Source: Eledone cirrhosa (taxonomy: Eukaryota). Taken from it: DNA of 64,000 nucleotides. The stretch covers positions 46,934,001 to 46,998,000 of the forward strand of contig OZ024747.1 of the NCBI GenBank assembly GCA_964016885.1, in the 5' to 3' direction. Shown piece after piece: positions 29,543 to 42,547 of the stretch. The notes below the pieces were generated by a model. The model saw nothing but the letters and a program-made list of their open reading frames with translations, searched no databases and was not told the origin of the DNA. Made by a program: the position numbers and the translations under genes. Within the stretch, counting starts at the first letter, position 1; each line of letters begins with the position of its first letter.

Positions 29543-30210
29543 CAAACTTTTTTCATATGTAACCCATTTGCAACTCCGCAGCGCCCTTATTATCATATTT
29601 ACACATATTTTTCCTCTGCTGCTACACGTCTTTTTCGTTCTATGTATCTTTACCCTTTCTAGCAGTCTCTCTCTCTGTTAGCCTCTTCCTCACCCTTCAC
29701 TCACTCATTCTCTGTCACTACCTCTCCTCCTCCTCTTTCTTCCCGTTTGACCTGTGAGTAATTCTTTTCTCTCGCACTCTCGGCCAAGCTGGTCGGAATT
29801 TTTTCTCTCTCTCGTCTACGATTTCACAGAACTTATGTTTACCGAATTCGCAGACCAGACCCCTTCTTCCTCCCGTTAGACCTGTGTGAAATTCCTTCCT
29901 TGCTCACATTTCAACTAGGTTGGATGGTCTTTATTCTCTCGTTCACGATTTCACCGAATTTAAATTCATAGAAATCTGGGACTTGTCTCTTTCTTCCTCA
30001 CTTTCTGTTGCTTCACCATTTTGTTTGTTTACCCTCGCGTCCCCTTTATTTACGTGTCCCAACGACTTTTTTTAGCCGTTGCTCGCACCAAACGGAGGTA
30101 TATGGTCTTTAAAGCGATGAAATGCCTATGATGGTTGGAAGATCACTGATGAGGGACAAACTTTTTTCATATGTAACCCATTTGCAACTCCGCAGCGCCC
30201 TTATTATCAT
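29543..30210 (+). mobile_element. Family B module with ~54-bp direct terminal repeats, in (TA)n
   Basis: acaaacttttt...cccttattatcat at 29543-29596 and 30156-30210. Confidence 0.75.
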
Positions 30211-30240
30211 ATATATGTATATATATATGTATATATATAT

Positions 30241-30922
30241 AAACGAAAAAAATGAAACAAAATTTCATTTCCCACTCTTAGTACGGCTGTTACTTAAATA
30301 TAAGTATGTATACGTACATACATATATGTATACAGACGTACAGTATTATGTATATATATATATACATACATGCACACATATATATATGTACGTATGGATT
30401 CACCAAACATCCCGTATTAAGCCGTAGTGTCTAGCAACCATCGTTGCTCGTTTGTTCAACACTGAAGCTTATTAGCTATCGTCAGCAATTTCGTTTCATT
30501 TTTTCCATTTATCGTTTTCGGTGCACCCGGCCGATTAACCCACTCGATATGCAAATTGGGCTACGCAGCCGTTAATATGCATAAGGTAAGTATATACGTT
30601 CAACAATCTCGGAGGAAGGTATATGTTGCTGACGATAGCTAATAAGCTTGAAACTAGTACATCGTTCCTTTGTCAGTGTTGAATAAACGAGCAACGATGG
30701 TTGCTAGACACTGCGGCTTAATACGGTATGTTTGTTTACAAACACACCGAGCATTATAATAAATGTTTGGTGAATCCATACGTACATATATATATGTGTG
30801 CATGTATGTATATATATATATACATACTACTGTACGTCTGTATACATATATGTATGTACGTGTACATACTTATATATATATATATATTACGTCTGTATAC
30901 ATATATGTATGTACGTGTACAT

Positions 30923-30954
<32 letters not shown>

Positions 30955-31265
30955 AGTATGTACACGTACATACATATATGTATACAGACGTAATATATAT
31001 ATAGATATATAAGTATGTACACGTACATACATATATGTATACAGACGTACAGTAGTATGTATATATATATACATACATGCACACATATATATATGTACGT
31101 ATGGATTCACCAAACATTTATTATAATGCTCGGTGTGTTTGTAAACAAACATACCGTATTAAGCTGCAGTGTCTAGCAACCATCGTTGCTCGTTTGTTCA
31201 ACACCGACAAAGGAACGCTGTACTAGTTTCAAGCTTATTAGCTATCGTCAGCAACGTATACCTTC

Positions 31266-31266
<1 letters not shown>
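30241..31266. mobile_element. Retrozyme-like family H, rearranged in inverted segments
   Basis: HHR at 30624-30664 (+): tgttg-CTGACGA-tagct aata agctt-GAAA-ctag-TA-catcg; HHR at 31216-31256 (-). Confidence 0.8.
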
Positions 31267-31331
<65 letters not shown>

Positions 31332-31333
<2 letters not shown>

Positions 31334-31672
31334 CATACGGTATATTGCCAAATATACTATACATACATTCATGTATACATCGCTATTTCATAGCACTAAT
31401 GGTAATACTTAGTTTTTGCTGGACCGTCAATCGCTCTGTATAATCAGCTCCTGATTATTACTGGAATTTATGAGAATCCAGCTTCTATTAGTTTCGGCAG
31501 AGGCTCTAAGGAACACCAACAGTGTGAAACAGACTGTTAGCTTCTCTCCCTTCTTTTGCCGAAAAAAGAGGTAAGTGACATAGTCACTACTTCAAAATGA
31601 TAGCGCAAGGTCTTCAAAATATTTTTAATTAAACATACGGTATATTGCCAAATATACTATACATACATTCAT
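31332..31672 (+). mobile_element. Retrozyme-like family I, 300-nt monomer plus ~40-nt terminal repeat; HHR at 31501-31543 has G5A
   Basis: aggct-CTAAGGA-acac caaca gtgt-GAAA-cagactg-TT-agctt; sequence related to the 310-bp array unit. Confidence 0.75.
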
Positions 31673-31965
31673 ATATATATATATATATCGTAATAGTTAG
31701 GGAGGGTCATATTGTTGTAATAATAATGGCAGAATTAATAACAGAACACACTCGCTGTTTGGTTGGTTTTCACTTCTGAATCTTTTATTTATTCGGTCCT
31801 CAATGTTTACCATTAACTGACCAACGGTTAAAAATACAAATATAATATAGACACAAACACATGTATATAGTCTAACAAAGTTCTTTCGTTGCACATCTTC
31901 AACATCGTCTGTGGTGCTATTATGTTTCCTCCTGTTGCATTGTATGTCTACGCCATATATATATA

Positions 31966-32487
31966 CAGGGTGCGATATTTGTTCGCAAGATTACTGTCTA
32001 AGAAAAATAACACAGTAGTTTTATTTTTTAAGATTTATTTATAAAACTTGGGTCAGTTTGTTTTCATGACTTGTTCTTTCGATCTCACTCGATAAACCCG
32101 CCATTGGCTTTGATGACGGCCTCAAGGCGGCCTCGGAACCGGCTACAGGCCTTCGTCACTGTCCCCTGACTTAGGCCCCTAAAGGCACTTGTGATCCTGG
32201 CCTTCAGATCGTCTTTCGTATTGCAGCTAGATCTGTTGGTGTCTCGTTCCAATGCGCCCCACACAAAGAAGTCGAGGGGGCTGCAGTCAGGCGAGCTGGG
32301 AGGCCAGATGTCAGGTGAAATGTGGTCGACAAAGCTCTCTGAGAGCCAGGCCTGACTATATTTCCATTATTTATTTTCAGAATAATTGATTAAAAATAAT
32401 TTTGAACCTCCAAATTTGTGTCTTTTCCACAACTACTGTATTATTCTTTCCTGGACAGTAATCTTGCGAACAAATATCGTCCGCACC

Positions 32488-32490
<3 letters not shown>
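31966..32490 (-). mobile_element. Tc1/mariner deletion derivative (probably DD37D/maT-like) with CAGGGTG TIRs and TA TSD
   Basis: ~55-bp TIRs; 32085-32357 encodes WPPSSPDCSPLDFFVWG...ACSRFRGRLEAVIKANGGFIE*. Confidence 0.88.
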
Positions 32491-32527
<37 letters not shown>

Positions 32528-32815
32528 TTACATATTTATCAACGTATATATATATACATATATGTATTCAAAATGTAAACAAAAATGACAAAGCACAGTA
32601 CATTGAAGAAATATATTAGTTTGACGCTTGATATAGTAGGAAAAGCCCTGTTATTGGTTACAACATTGTTCCTTTATCGGAAGATAGAGTGAAAAATATA
32701 TAATGAAATAGAAAGATTGTGAGAAGTGGAAGGAAAGGAAAGAAAATTGTGGGAAAAACACTTGTCAGCCATTTCAAGAATATGCATAAAGATAAATATG
32801 TATATGTATACACAC

Positions 32816-32956
<141 letters not shown>

Positions 32957-33038
32957 TGTATGCATATATATATATATATATGAATGTATGTATATATATA
33001 TATATATATGAATATATATATATATATATATGAATGTA

Positions 33039-33090
<52 letters not shown>

Positions 33091-33176
33091 TGTATCTATA
33101 TATATATATATATATGAATATATATATATGAATGTATGTAAATATATATATGTATTAAAAAAAAATATGTGTATAT

Positions 33177-33226
<50 letters not shown>

Positions 33227-33230
<4 letters not shown>

Positions 33231-33523
33231 ATAATAATAAATTTGAAGACTAAAATCCAAAGAGGGCTCGATAAGGATAAATATATATCAAATATATAAG
33301 AACCGTAGAGCAAATATTTATTAAAATAACAGATTAAAGTTTCAGCAAAGAATCGCTGCTTTCACCCTTAACGAACCAAAGTGTCGTCTTCCTGTCTTCC
33401 TCCGGTTGCAACGTTTTTTGAAATATCCACTTCTGCGTTTACAGATTGACTTTGTTAGTTTCAGAAGATCCCGTTAAGGGTGAAAGCAGCGATTCTTTGC
33501 TTAAACATTAATCTGTTATTTTA

Positions 33524-33530
<7 letters not shown>
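33227..33530. mobile_element. Family E fold-back module (other copies ~23160-23327, 37688-37800)
   Basis: 33315-33373 is inverted at 33472-33530; identical terminus gtaataataataaatttgaagactaaaatcc at 37688. Confidence 0.75.
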
Positions 33531-33578
<48 letters not shown>

Positions 33579-33644
33579 TATATATATATATATGAATATA
33601 TATATATATATACATACATGCATATATGTATATACATACATGCG

Positions 33645-33693
<49 letters not shown>

Positions 33694-33751
33694 GTGTGTG
33701 TGTGTGTATATATATATAAATCTATATGTATATATATGTGTGTGTGTGTGT

Positions 33752-33791
<40 letters not shown>

Positions 33792-33797
<6 letters not shown>

Positions 33798-34758
33798 ATA
33801 CTTTGGGAGGGTCATACTTTGGGAGCCCAATAAGAAACACACGCACCAGTTGCTTTTACTTCAGTTTATTATAAATTAAATTTATAAATTTAGGAATTTA
33901 TAAATTTCCGGTTGGTTGGTTGGTTCCACAACCAGACGATTGTTCATATATTGTCAAAGTTCTTTCGTCACACATTCTGTGACCTCTTCAGTGACTGGGG
34001 ATTCTTTTCTTTGTTTTTATGCCTCTCCTTTGTTCTGTCCTACGCCATCTTGTTTTTGTGTGTGTTGTGTGCTTAGTTTGCGCCCGTGTTACATCCGGGT
34101 GTCTGTGTGTGTTTATATTTGTTTATTTATTTGCTTATTTACATGTTACTGGTTGGTTGTTTGTTCTATGTGTGTGTGTGTTTTCATTTTGTCCTTAATT
34201 GTAAGTTGTGATGTTGCTATTCCATTCATGCTTTCTATTTAATTTAGGTTGGAATTCATTTATGTTTATCGCCTCTGTGATTTGTCTAAACATTGTGTCT
34301 TTTCTGCGTGTAGATTCTATTTTTTATTTTTTTTTCCTATATTCTTTAATTTACCCTTATGTTCTATTTTAGCATGTTGGTAGAACAAACAACCAACCAG
34401 TAACATGTAAATAAACAAATTAATAAACAAATATAAACACACACAGACACCCGGATGTAACACATGCGCAAACTAAGCACACAACACACACAAAAACAAG
34501 ATGGCGTAGGACAGAACAAAGGAGAGGCACAAAAACAAAGAAAAGAATCCCCAGTCACTGAAGAGGTCACAGAATGTGTGACGAAAGAACTTTTTACAAT
34601 ATATGAACAATCGTCTGGTTGTGGAACCAACCAACCAACCGGAAATTTATAAATTCCTAAATTTATAAATTTAATTTATAATAAACTGAAGTAAAACAAC
34701 TGGTGCGTGTGTTTCTTATTGGGCTCCCAAAGTATGACCCTCCCAAAGTATAACAATA
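33792..34758. mobile_element. Penelope-like family F: ~370-bp inverted pLTRs around an endonuclease C-terminal remnant
   Basis: 33792-34163 is inverted at 34381-34758; HHRs at 33953-33995 (-) and 34554-34596 (+): gtca-CTGAAGA-g gtcac agaatgt gtgac-GAAA-gaac-TT-tgac. Confidence 0.85.
34195..34320 (-). pseudogene. GIY-YIG endonuclease C-terminal remnant
   Basis: IESTRRKDTMFRQITEAININEFQPKLNRKHEWNSNITTYN*; the R-x-x-x-EA..I....P.LN..EW pattern is typical of PLE endonuclease ends. Confidence 0.7.
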
Positions 34759-34931
34759 TCGGTTTCAACACACATTTTCAGACAAAGAATCTTGCCAAAC
34801 AAATTCAGAAACGAAATATATATATATATATATAAAATTGAAATATTGAACAACGTCGTACGCTAAAATTATCCATCATAAGAAGTATTCACAACCTCTA
34901 ACTAGATTACCTATAACGATATTTTTGTATC

Positions 34932-34994
<63 letters not shown>

Positions 34995-35053
34995 CATATA
35001 TGTACATATAATGTATATATATCTATACATATATCTATATATCTATAATATAT

Positions 35054-35185
<132 letters not shown>

Positions 35186-35512
35186 AACGAAATAAGAATG
35201 ATGATTTAGAGATAGAGTACCCCGTTGTGTATAATACTGCCATTTCCCAGTATATCAGGAAGATACGTTTGAAATTACTTTTCAGCCTCCTGTTACATTA
35301 TACACTCCACTACATGTAAATTCATTGTCCATAGTTATACGTTTTGCAAACTGAATTCAAACTTTTCAATAGATAAGCTTCTGGATACATCTGTACGTAG
35401 ATTAAAATATATTTTAAGCCTCAGTCATTTCTAACACTATGATTCTCCATAGAAATATGTATATATATATACACCATCACCGCATTGCCAACCCCCTCCC
35501 CATACACATTTA

Positions 35513-35568
<56 letters not shown>

Positions 35569-35579
35569 GACACGTACAG

Positions 35580-35672
<93 letters not shown>

Positions 35673-35799
35673 CGCATGTATATATATGTATATGAATATA
35701 TATGTATATGTATATATATATACATATGGGGGGCATCATTATTGTCATCAATATCATCATCACCTTCATGTTCATTTATATAGTATAAATATTAAAATA

Positions 35800-36260
35800 T
35801 CATTATTATTATTATTTCCATTATTATCTTTATTTCACATCTTTACTGCTTTACCGAGCACCGCACTGTGCGCCTTGGGTATGTGCAGTGTAGTTTTTCC
35901 TGATGTTGTTTCTATTGTATTAATATTACTTTTCGTAATATGTGTGCAGAGCCTAGTAGTGCTATCTTTTATATGCTGTATATATTTGCAAGTCCTGTGC
36001 TTTTGGTTATGTATTTGTCTATGTGTTTTTTTTTTTATTATTCCCAGAGCACCTATTATTATAGGTATTGTTTCTGTTTTCATTTTCCACATTCGAATTA
36101 TTTCTATCTCTAGATCTTTATATTTGGAGAGTTTCTCCATTTCCTTGGAAGATATATTATCTCCTGTGGGGATTGATACATCTGGTAGAAGGCATTTTTT
36201 TTCTTTGTGGTCTTTGACTATAATATCTGCTTGGTTGGCTTTGATCTCTCTGTCATAATT
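35800..36260 (-). mobile_element. 5'-truncated R4/Dong-like LINE (restriction-like endonuclease C-terminus)
   Basis: DIIVKD...CLL.DVSIP...[19 protein letters not shown]...PIIIGALG; (TAA)-rich tail. Confidence 0.85.
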
Positions 36261-36855
36261 GTGGATTGGCAGTATCAGTACAGCGTGAGACCACCATACT
36301 ATGCAGTATAGAGTTCTGAGTTCAAATCCCACCGAGGTTAACTTTGCCATTCATCCTTACGGGGTCGATAAAATAAAACTCCAGTAACGCACTGGGTAAT
36401 TGCTGGCCTTGTGCCAAAAGTAGAAACAATTATTATTATTATTGTTGTTTCATTTATCTTGCTTTATGTTCATACGAGTTATCACCAAGTCACAACCAGT
36501 GACCTCAAGAGTCAACAAGGTCCGCCATGTTCAAGAAAGCACATACCCACACACATGTATCTTTAGGTGTTTAGACCTGTGATGTATTTATATTGACAGA
36601 ATCTTCCTTAGTATATGGGCAGTTCCCATTAGTACTATCTTTTGTATTCTTCTATACGCGAGTTTCCTGGGATTGGCAGTATCGGTAGAGGGTCGGACAC
36701 CATGCTTTGACGCATAGAGTTACGGTCTTTGCCATTCTGAGTTCAAATCCCGCCGAGGTTAACTTTGCCTTTCATCCTTACGGGGTCGATAACATAAAGT
36801 ACCAGTAATGTACTGGGTAATTGGTGGCCTTGTGCCAAAAGTATAAAAATTATTA

Positions 36856-36910
<55 letters not shown>

Positions 36911-37097
36911 AGTTGCATTTATCTTGCTTTATGTTCATACGAGTTATCACCAAGTCACAACCAGTGACCTTAAGAGACAACAAGGTTCGCCATGTTCAAG
37001 AAAGAACATACATACTCACACATGCATCTTTAGTGTTTAGACTTGTGATGTATTTATATTGACAGAATCTTCCTTAGTATATGGGCAGTTCCCATTA

Positions 37098-37100
<3 letters not shown>
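36261..37100 (+). repeat. Tandem duplication of an S1 SINE plus ~190 bp of 3' flank
   Basis: SINEs at 36261-36440 and 36668-36856; flank 36445-36632 is repeated at 36912-37099. Confidence 0.85.
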
Positions 37101-37133
<33 letters not shown>

Positions 37134-37179
37134 ACTCGTCCTTTGGACTGAGTGCTCTACTTAGTTCCCCGGTTTTTCC

Positions 37180-37251
<72 letters not shown>

Positions 37252-38117
37252 GAGTTTGGGACGAGTGTTTCACAGAACGGATTTTTAACCCGTGTATGGT
37301 TGCGGTGAGAACGGAAGAGTATATGACAAGGGAGGCCACTGAAATTAGAGTATTACGAGGGAGACAATTTTCGTTTGAGGTAGTTCATTCTGGGTTACAT
37401 TTATAGTTATCCCGAGTCTTTCCAGTGACATTAGAGATACTTCACAGCGTGGGGACAACGATTAAAACATTGGTCTTGTGTTAAGGGAAGTAATATTACG
37501 TAACCTCTCCAGGTGTCCAGCTGCAAGCCCATCGAATTTCCGGGTTTAATTTTGCTTCCGTTAATTTTTTGCCTTTGTTGGTGTTGTTGTTGGCACTGTT
37601 GCAGTTGGTATTGTTGCTTTCACTTGTTTCCTTTTTGCTGTTGCTTTTATCTGTACATATGTTCATATATATATATATATATATATAGTAATAATAATAA
37701 ATTTGAAGACTAAAATCCGAAGAGGGCTCGATAAGGATAAATATATATCAAATATATAAGAACCGGAGAGCAAATATTTATTAATCTGTTATTTTAATAA
37801 ATATATATATATATATATATATATAGTTTGTGTATGGAATTTTTCCCACTGCTCATAATTTGAATTTGACTGCCATAAACCGGTGTTACCTCCCTTTGGA
37901 GTAAAATGTGCTATCACACTCGGATTTGGGTTAGAACGAAAGCCTGTTGCGAACGTAAGTCCTCTGTTCCATCTTCCAGTAACCTAACTTGTATACACCA
38001 CAAGCGGATTTTGTTGATTTCGGATTTACAGAAACCTCACTTAAATATTCAATAATTTCGAAGTGATGGTCCAGGTTTGTTATATATACAGATATGTATA
38101 TATATATATATATATAT

Positions 38118-38531
38118 AATATAAGATCAAAATATGGTTAAAGGAGTTCCATGTATTTTATTATGCGCATTTCAAAAACAAACATCATCATCCAATAATA
38201 TTTGTGTTTTCATCAGATAAAACAGGAGAACATGATATGAAGGCTAAAAAACACTTGTGGATAGTGCAGTTTTAAATCAACATATATATAACTGCACTAT
38301 CCACAAGTGTTTTTTAGCCTTCATATCATGTTCTCCTGTTTTATCTGATGAAAACACAAATATTATTGCATGATGATGTTTGTTTTTGAAATGCGCATAA
38401 TAAAATACATGGAACTCCTTTAACCATCTTTTGATCTTATATTATGCATACTCCAGTCCTACAAACTGTAGAGTGCTTCTTATCCGATATCTGCATTGCT
38501 TTATTGTACTACAATAAAACTCACCTCCTAC

Positions 38532-38535
<4 letters not shown>
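38118..38535. mobile_element. Family A pLTR fold-back with two intact HHRs (38156-38222 -, 38339-38405 +)
   Basis: ttttat-CTGATGA-aaac...tttt-GAAA-tgcgca-TA-ataaaa in both arms. Confidence 0.85.
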
Positions 38536-38629
<94 letters not shown>

Positions 38630-39239
38630 TATATGTATGTATGTGTATGTAATTTTTCTCACTAGTCAGTTCTTTCGTTGCTACAGATCACGCAGCTGAA
38701 TTAGCGGTCGCTATTTTCAATTTGCAAAGCCCTTTAAACTGTATGTTATTACTCTGAGGTCTATACCTTGTCGAGTGCTTGGCTGTACTGCTGAAGGCAT
38801 TCGTTGGCTTAGCTGCTGCTCAAACTTCAAATATGCTGTACTTTCATATATATATATATATAACGGATATGAACTTCCCGATATAAGGTTTGACTCTCTT
38901 TGTTTTTTTTTTTATATATGAATATTGATTGTTTCTTGTATCTCATTCTGTTATTTTACCCGAGAAAATATCTATGTGTGCCATCAAATGATGTACACAT
39001 ATGGGTATTTTTTCAAATTCCAATTGAGTTCTAGCACGTGGCTTGAATTCCTTTTAGAATTCATTGTCGTGCGCATGTATTGTTTTTTGGCGGTAATTCT
39101 CCTTCCTCTTTGTTTGAGACAGTATGAGAATTTCTTTAGAACTACTGGGCTAGCAACCTAGCAGCTACCTCAAGCACTGTTGGTGATTATCGCTAAATAT
39201 TGATGTTGATTTGACTATCAATATTAATGTTATTGGGCA

Positions 39240-39366
39240 CCCACTGAAGAATTATAAGAGCCCACTTGAATAAGTATCTGTTGATCTTATACAAGCTTCT
39301 TCATAAATTGTTATTATTTCACCCAACTTGTAGGAATCTTATAATGAAACGAGACGTCCGTCTGGG
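39240..39366 (+). ncRNA. Hammerhead with 9-bp stem II base and ~77-nt insert (module ~38862-39537)
   Basis: ccca-CTGAAGA-attataaga...tcttataat-GAAA-cg agacgtc cg-TC-tggg. Confidence 0.7.
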
Positions 39367-39533
39367 AAGAGATATATTTGATATATCTCATATGAAATAA
39401 TACAGCCAATTTTCCACACAATACAATTAGTTAGCACCCCGAACGTTTAATTAGGAATATACTCACTTATTTCCTAATGTTTGTTGAGTGAGTTGAGATT
39501 TGGCCGGAGTATCGCTATTAGCTTTCTCCGATA

Positions 39534-39583
<50 letters not shown>

Positions 39584-39922
39584 GAACATATGTACAGATA
39601 AAAATTTGTTTTATATGTCCCTCCAACATATATCGTTTCTACTTCACGTCTATTAGTGTTGTTGCCTTTTAATAGGAGTGGATAGCAATAAGAATAATTT
39701 TACTGCAAGATGCAGTGACCTCACCTCGAAATTTGAAATATTTATGATGAAATGCAGTATTTAACGTATTGCTAGTGAATGGGCACAATGATAACATTAA
39801 TATGCACCCACCACTCGTAGACTGATACTGTATTGAAACATGTGTTAAGGAATGAACTTTGATTAAATTCTTCACTTCTAATCTATATTGCGCGGCTAGT
39901 CGTTTGATTTTCCTCTACTTTT

Positions 39923-39998
<76 letters not shown>

Positions 39999-41074
39999 AA
40001 CACACAATGTATGATTATATATATGTGTGTATATATGTATATATATATAATCATATACACATATACATATGCATAGATGCACACACATATACGTATGCTT
40101 GCATACATAGTCAGACAGAGACAAACACACACATACAGTCAGACAGTTAACTATACAGACAGACTTACGTCGCACATAAGGAAAAATAAGTAGAACCAAA
40201 TACATCACATACGTTCCTTCTGGAGGTTTTTTTCTTTTATCATAAAGAATTAATTAAGTAGTTCAATATCGTTTAATAATCGTAGTGATATCAAATTGAT
40301 TTCTTATATATATTTCTTATATATTCACTGACAAGCTACATATTGGGATGAGTAACCAGATCGTATTTCAATCCTTTAGCCAGATGTAATTCAGATTACA
40401 TGCCCACAGCGCTACAATTTGTGAAGTCATTCTGCAATGTTCGGACCACTTATTCAATGATCGTATAAATAAGAACACAATTTTCGCGACGAGGATGATG
40501 TTCTATTGGTGGTTTTATTTTATATTCAATTGAGTTTAACATTAATTCCTTCTACTTTATTATTAAGAAAACACGAGTAGCCAAACTGACCTATATTGAT
40601 TTATAATTGAAAAGCAACAACGATTTGCGTCTGAAACATAAGATTAATTGTTTTGGTGTAAACCTGTATCACTAATCGTTTCAGTTAACTCTTTCGTTAA
40701 CATATGAAAGTCACTGGCAATGAGTTTGAAATGTTTGTTTTATTAATAATCAATGTTTTAAATGGATTTAGTAATATAATTATCTTTCTGATTATTAAGC
40801 GGATGTTTAAAGCTTAATTTTTAATGATCTCCTATACAATTGTGATTGAAGTATTTTAGATAAATATATTTCATAGTGCTTCTGATATCTTTGGGCTGAT
40901 ATCTTAATAAATGAGCACTGATATGTTTTAAAACCTGCAGCGTGCATAACAGAAACGATAGTTCCATATGCAGCGATACACTGATGATCATTATAGAAGT
41001 GTGATACTTAATTTTTTTAAATATAATATATATATATAAATTACACAAATATCAAAGTTATGTTCAAATCATTT

Positions 41075-41126
41075 AATAGCTGACAATTGTTTCTTCCAAA
41101 CTTTCGTTTTGAATCATCGGAGCATT
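41075..41126 (-). ncRNA. Hammerhead with U4C core and short stem II (family K-related)
   Basis: aatgct-CCGATGA-ttcaaaac gaaa gtttggaa-GAAA-caattg-TC-agctatt. Confidence 0.65.
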
Positions 41127-41873
41127 ATCAATGTTTGTACATATAATTAACCTCCTATTCAACAGAACAATCATATAGATACATATATATTGATGTTGTG
41201 AACAACAGTTTAGTATTTACAGGGTGTATTGGATGCGACATATATTATACGAGAATTGTACAAAAATTCAAATTCAAATTAAAAGCACAGAGTGGAATAC
41301 ATGCAACAGATAATACAAGAGAATAGTCTAATAATTAAAGAGGCATTGAGAAAGAATGAGGACATTAGCAGTACATATGGAAGCGTGTAGACATATATAT
41401 GAGAAGGAAACAAGCAAAGGTATTAGGCATATATAAATACTGTATGGCAAGGTATTACATAAAATACAAGCACTTTAAGGGAATATGTTAGTGTATTAAA
41501 ATTATGGAGGATGTAATGTGATGATAGTTTCTGTAGAGTTCAAATTTGTATGCGTTGAGTTTATCAAAGTTTCCTATCCATTACATATGTTAACTTATAT
41601 TTTAGTTAATGTTTGTATTGAATGTTTTTAGTTAGTTACAGTAATGGATTGTAAATTGGTCTTATTGTATTCATGGATTAGAGTTGTTCTACAGCGAGAT
41701 TTTCTAACGGTTTAATTTCCGGAAGTGAATATAAGATCCAAAATTAAGGGGAGCGAATGCGTAAGGGGAGTTAACTAGCCCATTAAATTAAGTGATAAGG
41801 TAGTAATAAATTACTGACCTTTCCTGTTTATAGTATATACATAACTATAAATAATATCATTATTATTATTATT

Positions 41874-41987
<114 letters not shown>

Positions 41988-42235
41988 GCGGAGGCGAACG
42001 ACAGGATCCCAGATTTCATTTGCTTAACGAGTGGGGTGGAGCTCGTCAAACCTAACCTAGGAAACAATGTTTCCATTGGTCTTTCCAATAATTGCTAATA
42101 CTATCTGTCGGTCGCAAATCTAGTTAGAAGGAGCAACGTGAAAAATTAATGTGTCTTGCTCAAGGACATAATGCATCAAAATCACAACCTCACGATTGCG
42201 AATCCAATTCTCTAACCACTCAGCCACGCAGCTCC
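41988..42235 (-). mobile_element. tRNA-derived SINE (S2-related head), homologous to 63755-63967
   Basis: gtgtcttgctcaaggacata...acaacctcacgattgcgaatccaattc. Confidence 0.7.
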
Positions 42236-42485
42236 TAAACATCACTGGAATTCTATGAGAATTCAGCTTCTATAAGTCTCGGTAGAAACGAAGGGATAAG
42301 CAATCTTGATAACTGTTAACAAACGAGAAACAGCTGTCGGTTGGTTCCTTTTGTTTTTGCCGAGACTAAGCAAGTGACATATTCACTACTTTAAAACTCA
42401 TATTGAAGATGATTTTTTTTTAAATACACAGTATATTATCGAATATACTATACATACATACATCGCTATTTCAGAGCACTGATAC
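42236..42485 (+). mobile_element. Family I retrozyme-like copy; HHR at 42301-42343 with U3-A8 core
   Basis: caatc-TTGATAA-c tgtt aaca aacg a-GAAA-cagctg-TC-ggttg; flanks homologous to 31450-31672. Confidence 0.6.
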
Positions 42486-42497
42486 AAATATAAATAG

Positions 42498-42543
<46 letters not shown>

Positions 42544-42547
<4 letters not shown>

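Noticed and set aside
33330-33515. Hammerhead in family E (GTGAAAGCA...GAAA-ctt-TA)
   Set aside because: No acceptable CUGANGA or covariant core with matching stem I could be assembled
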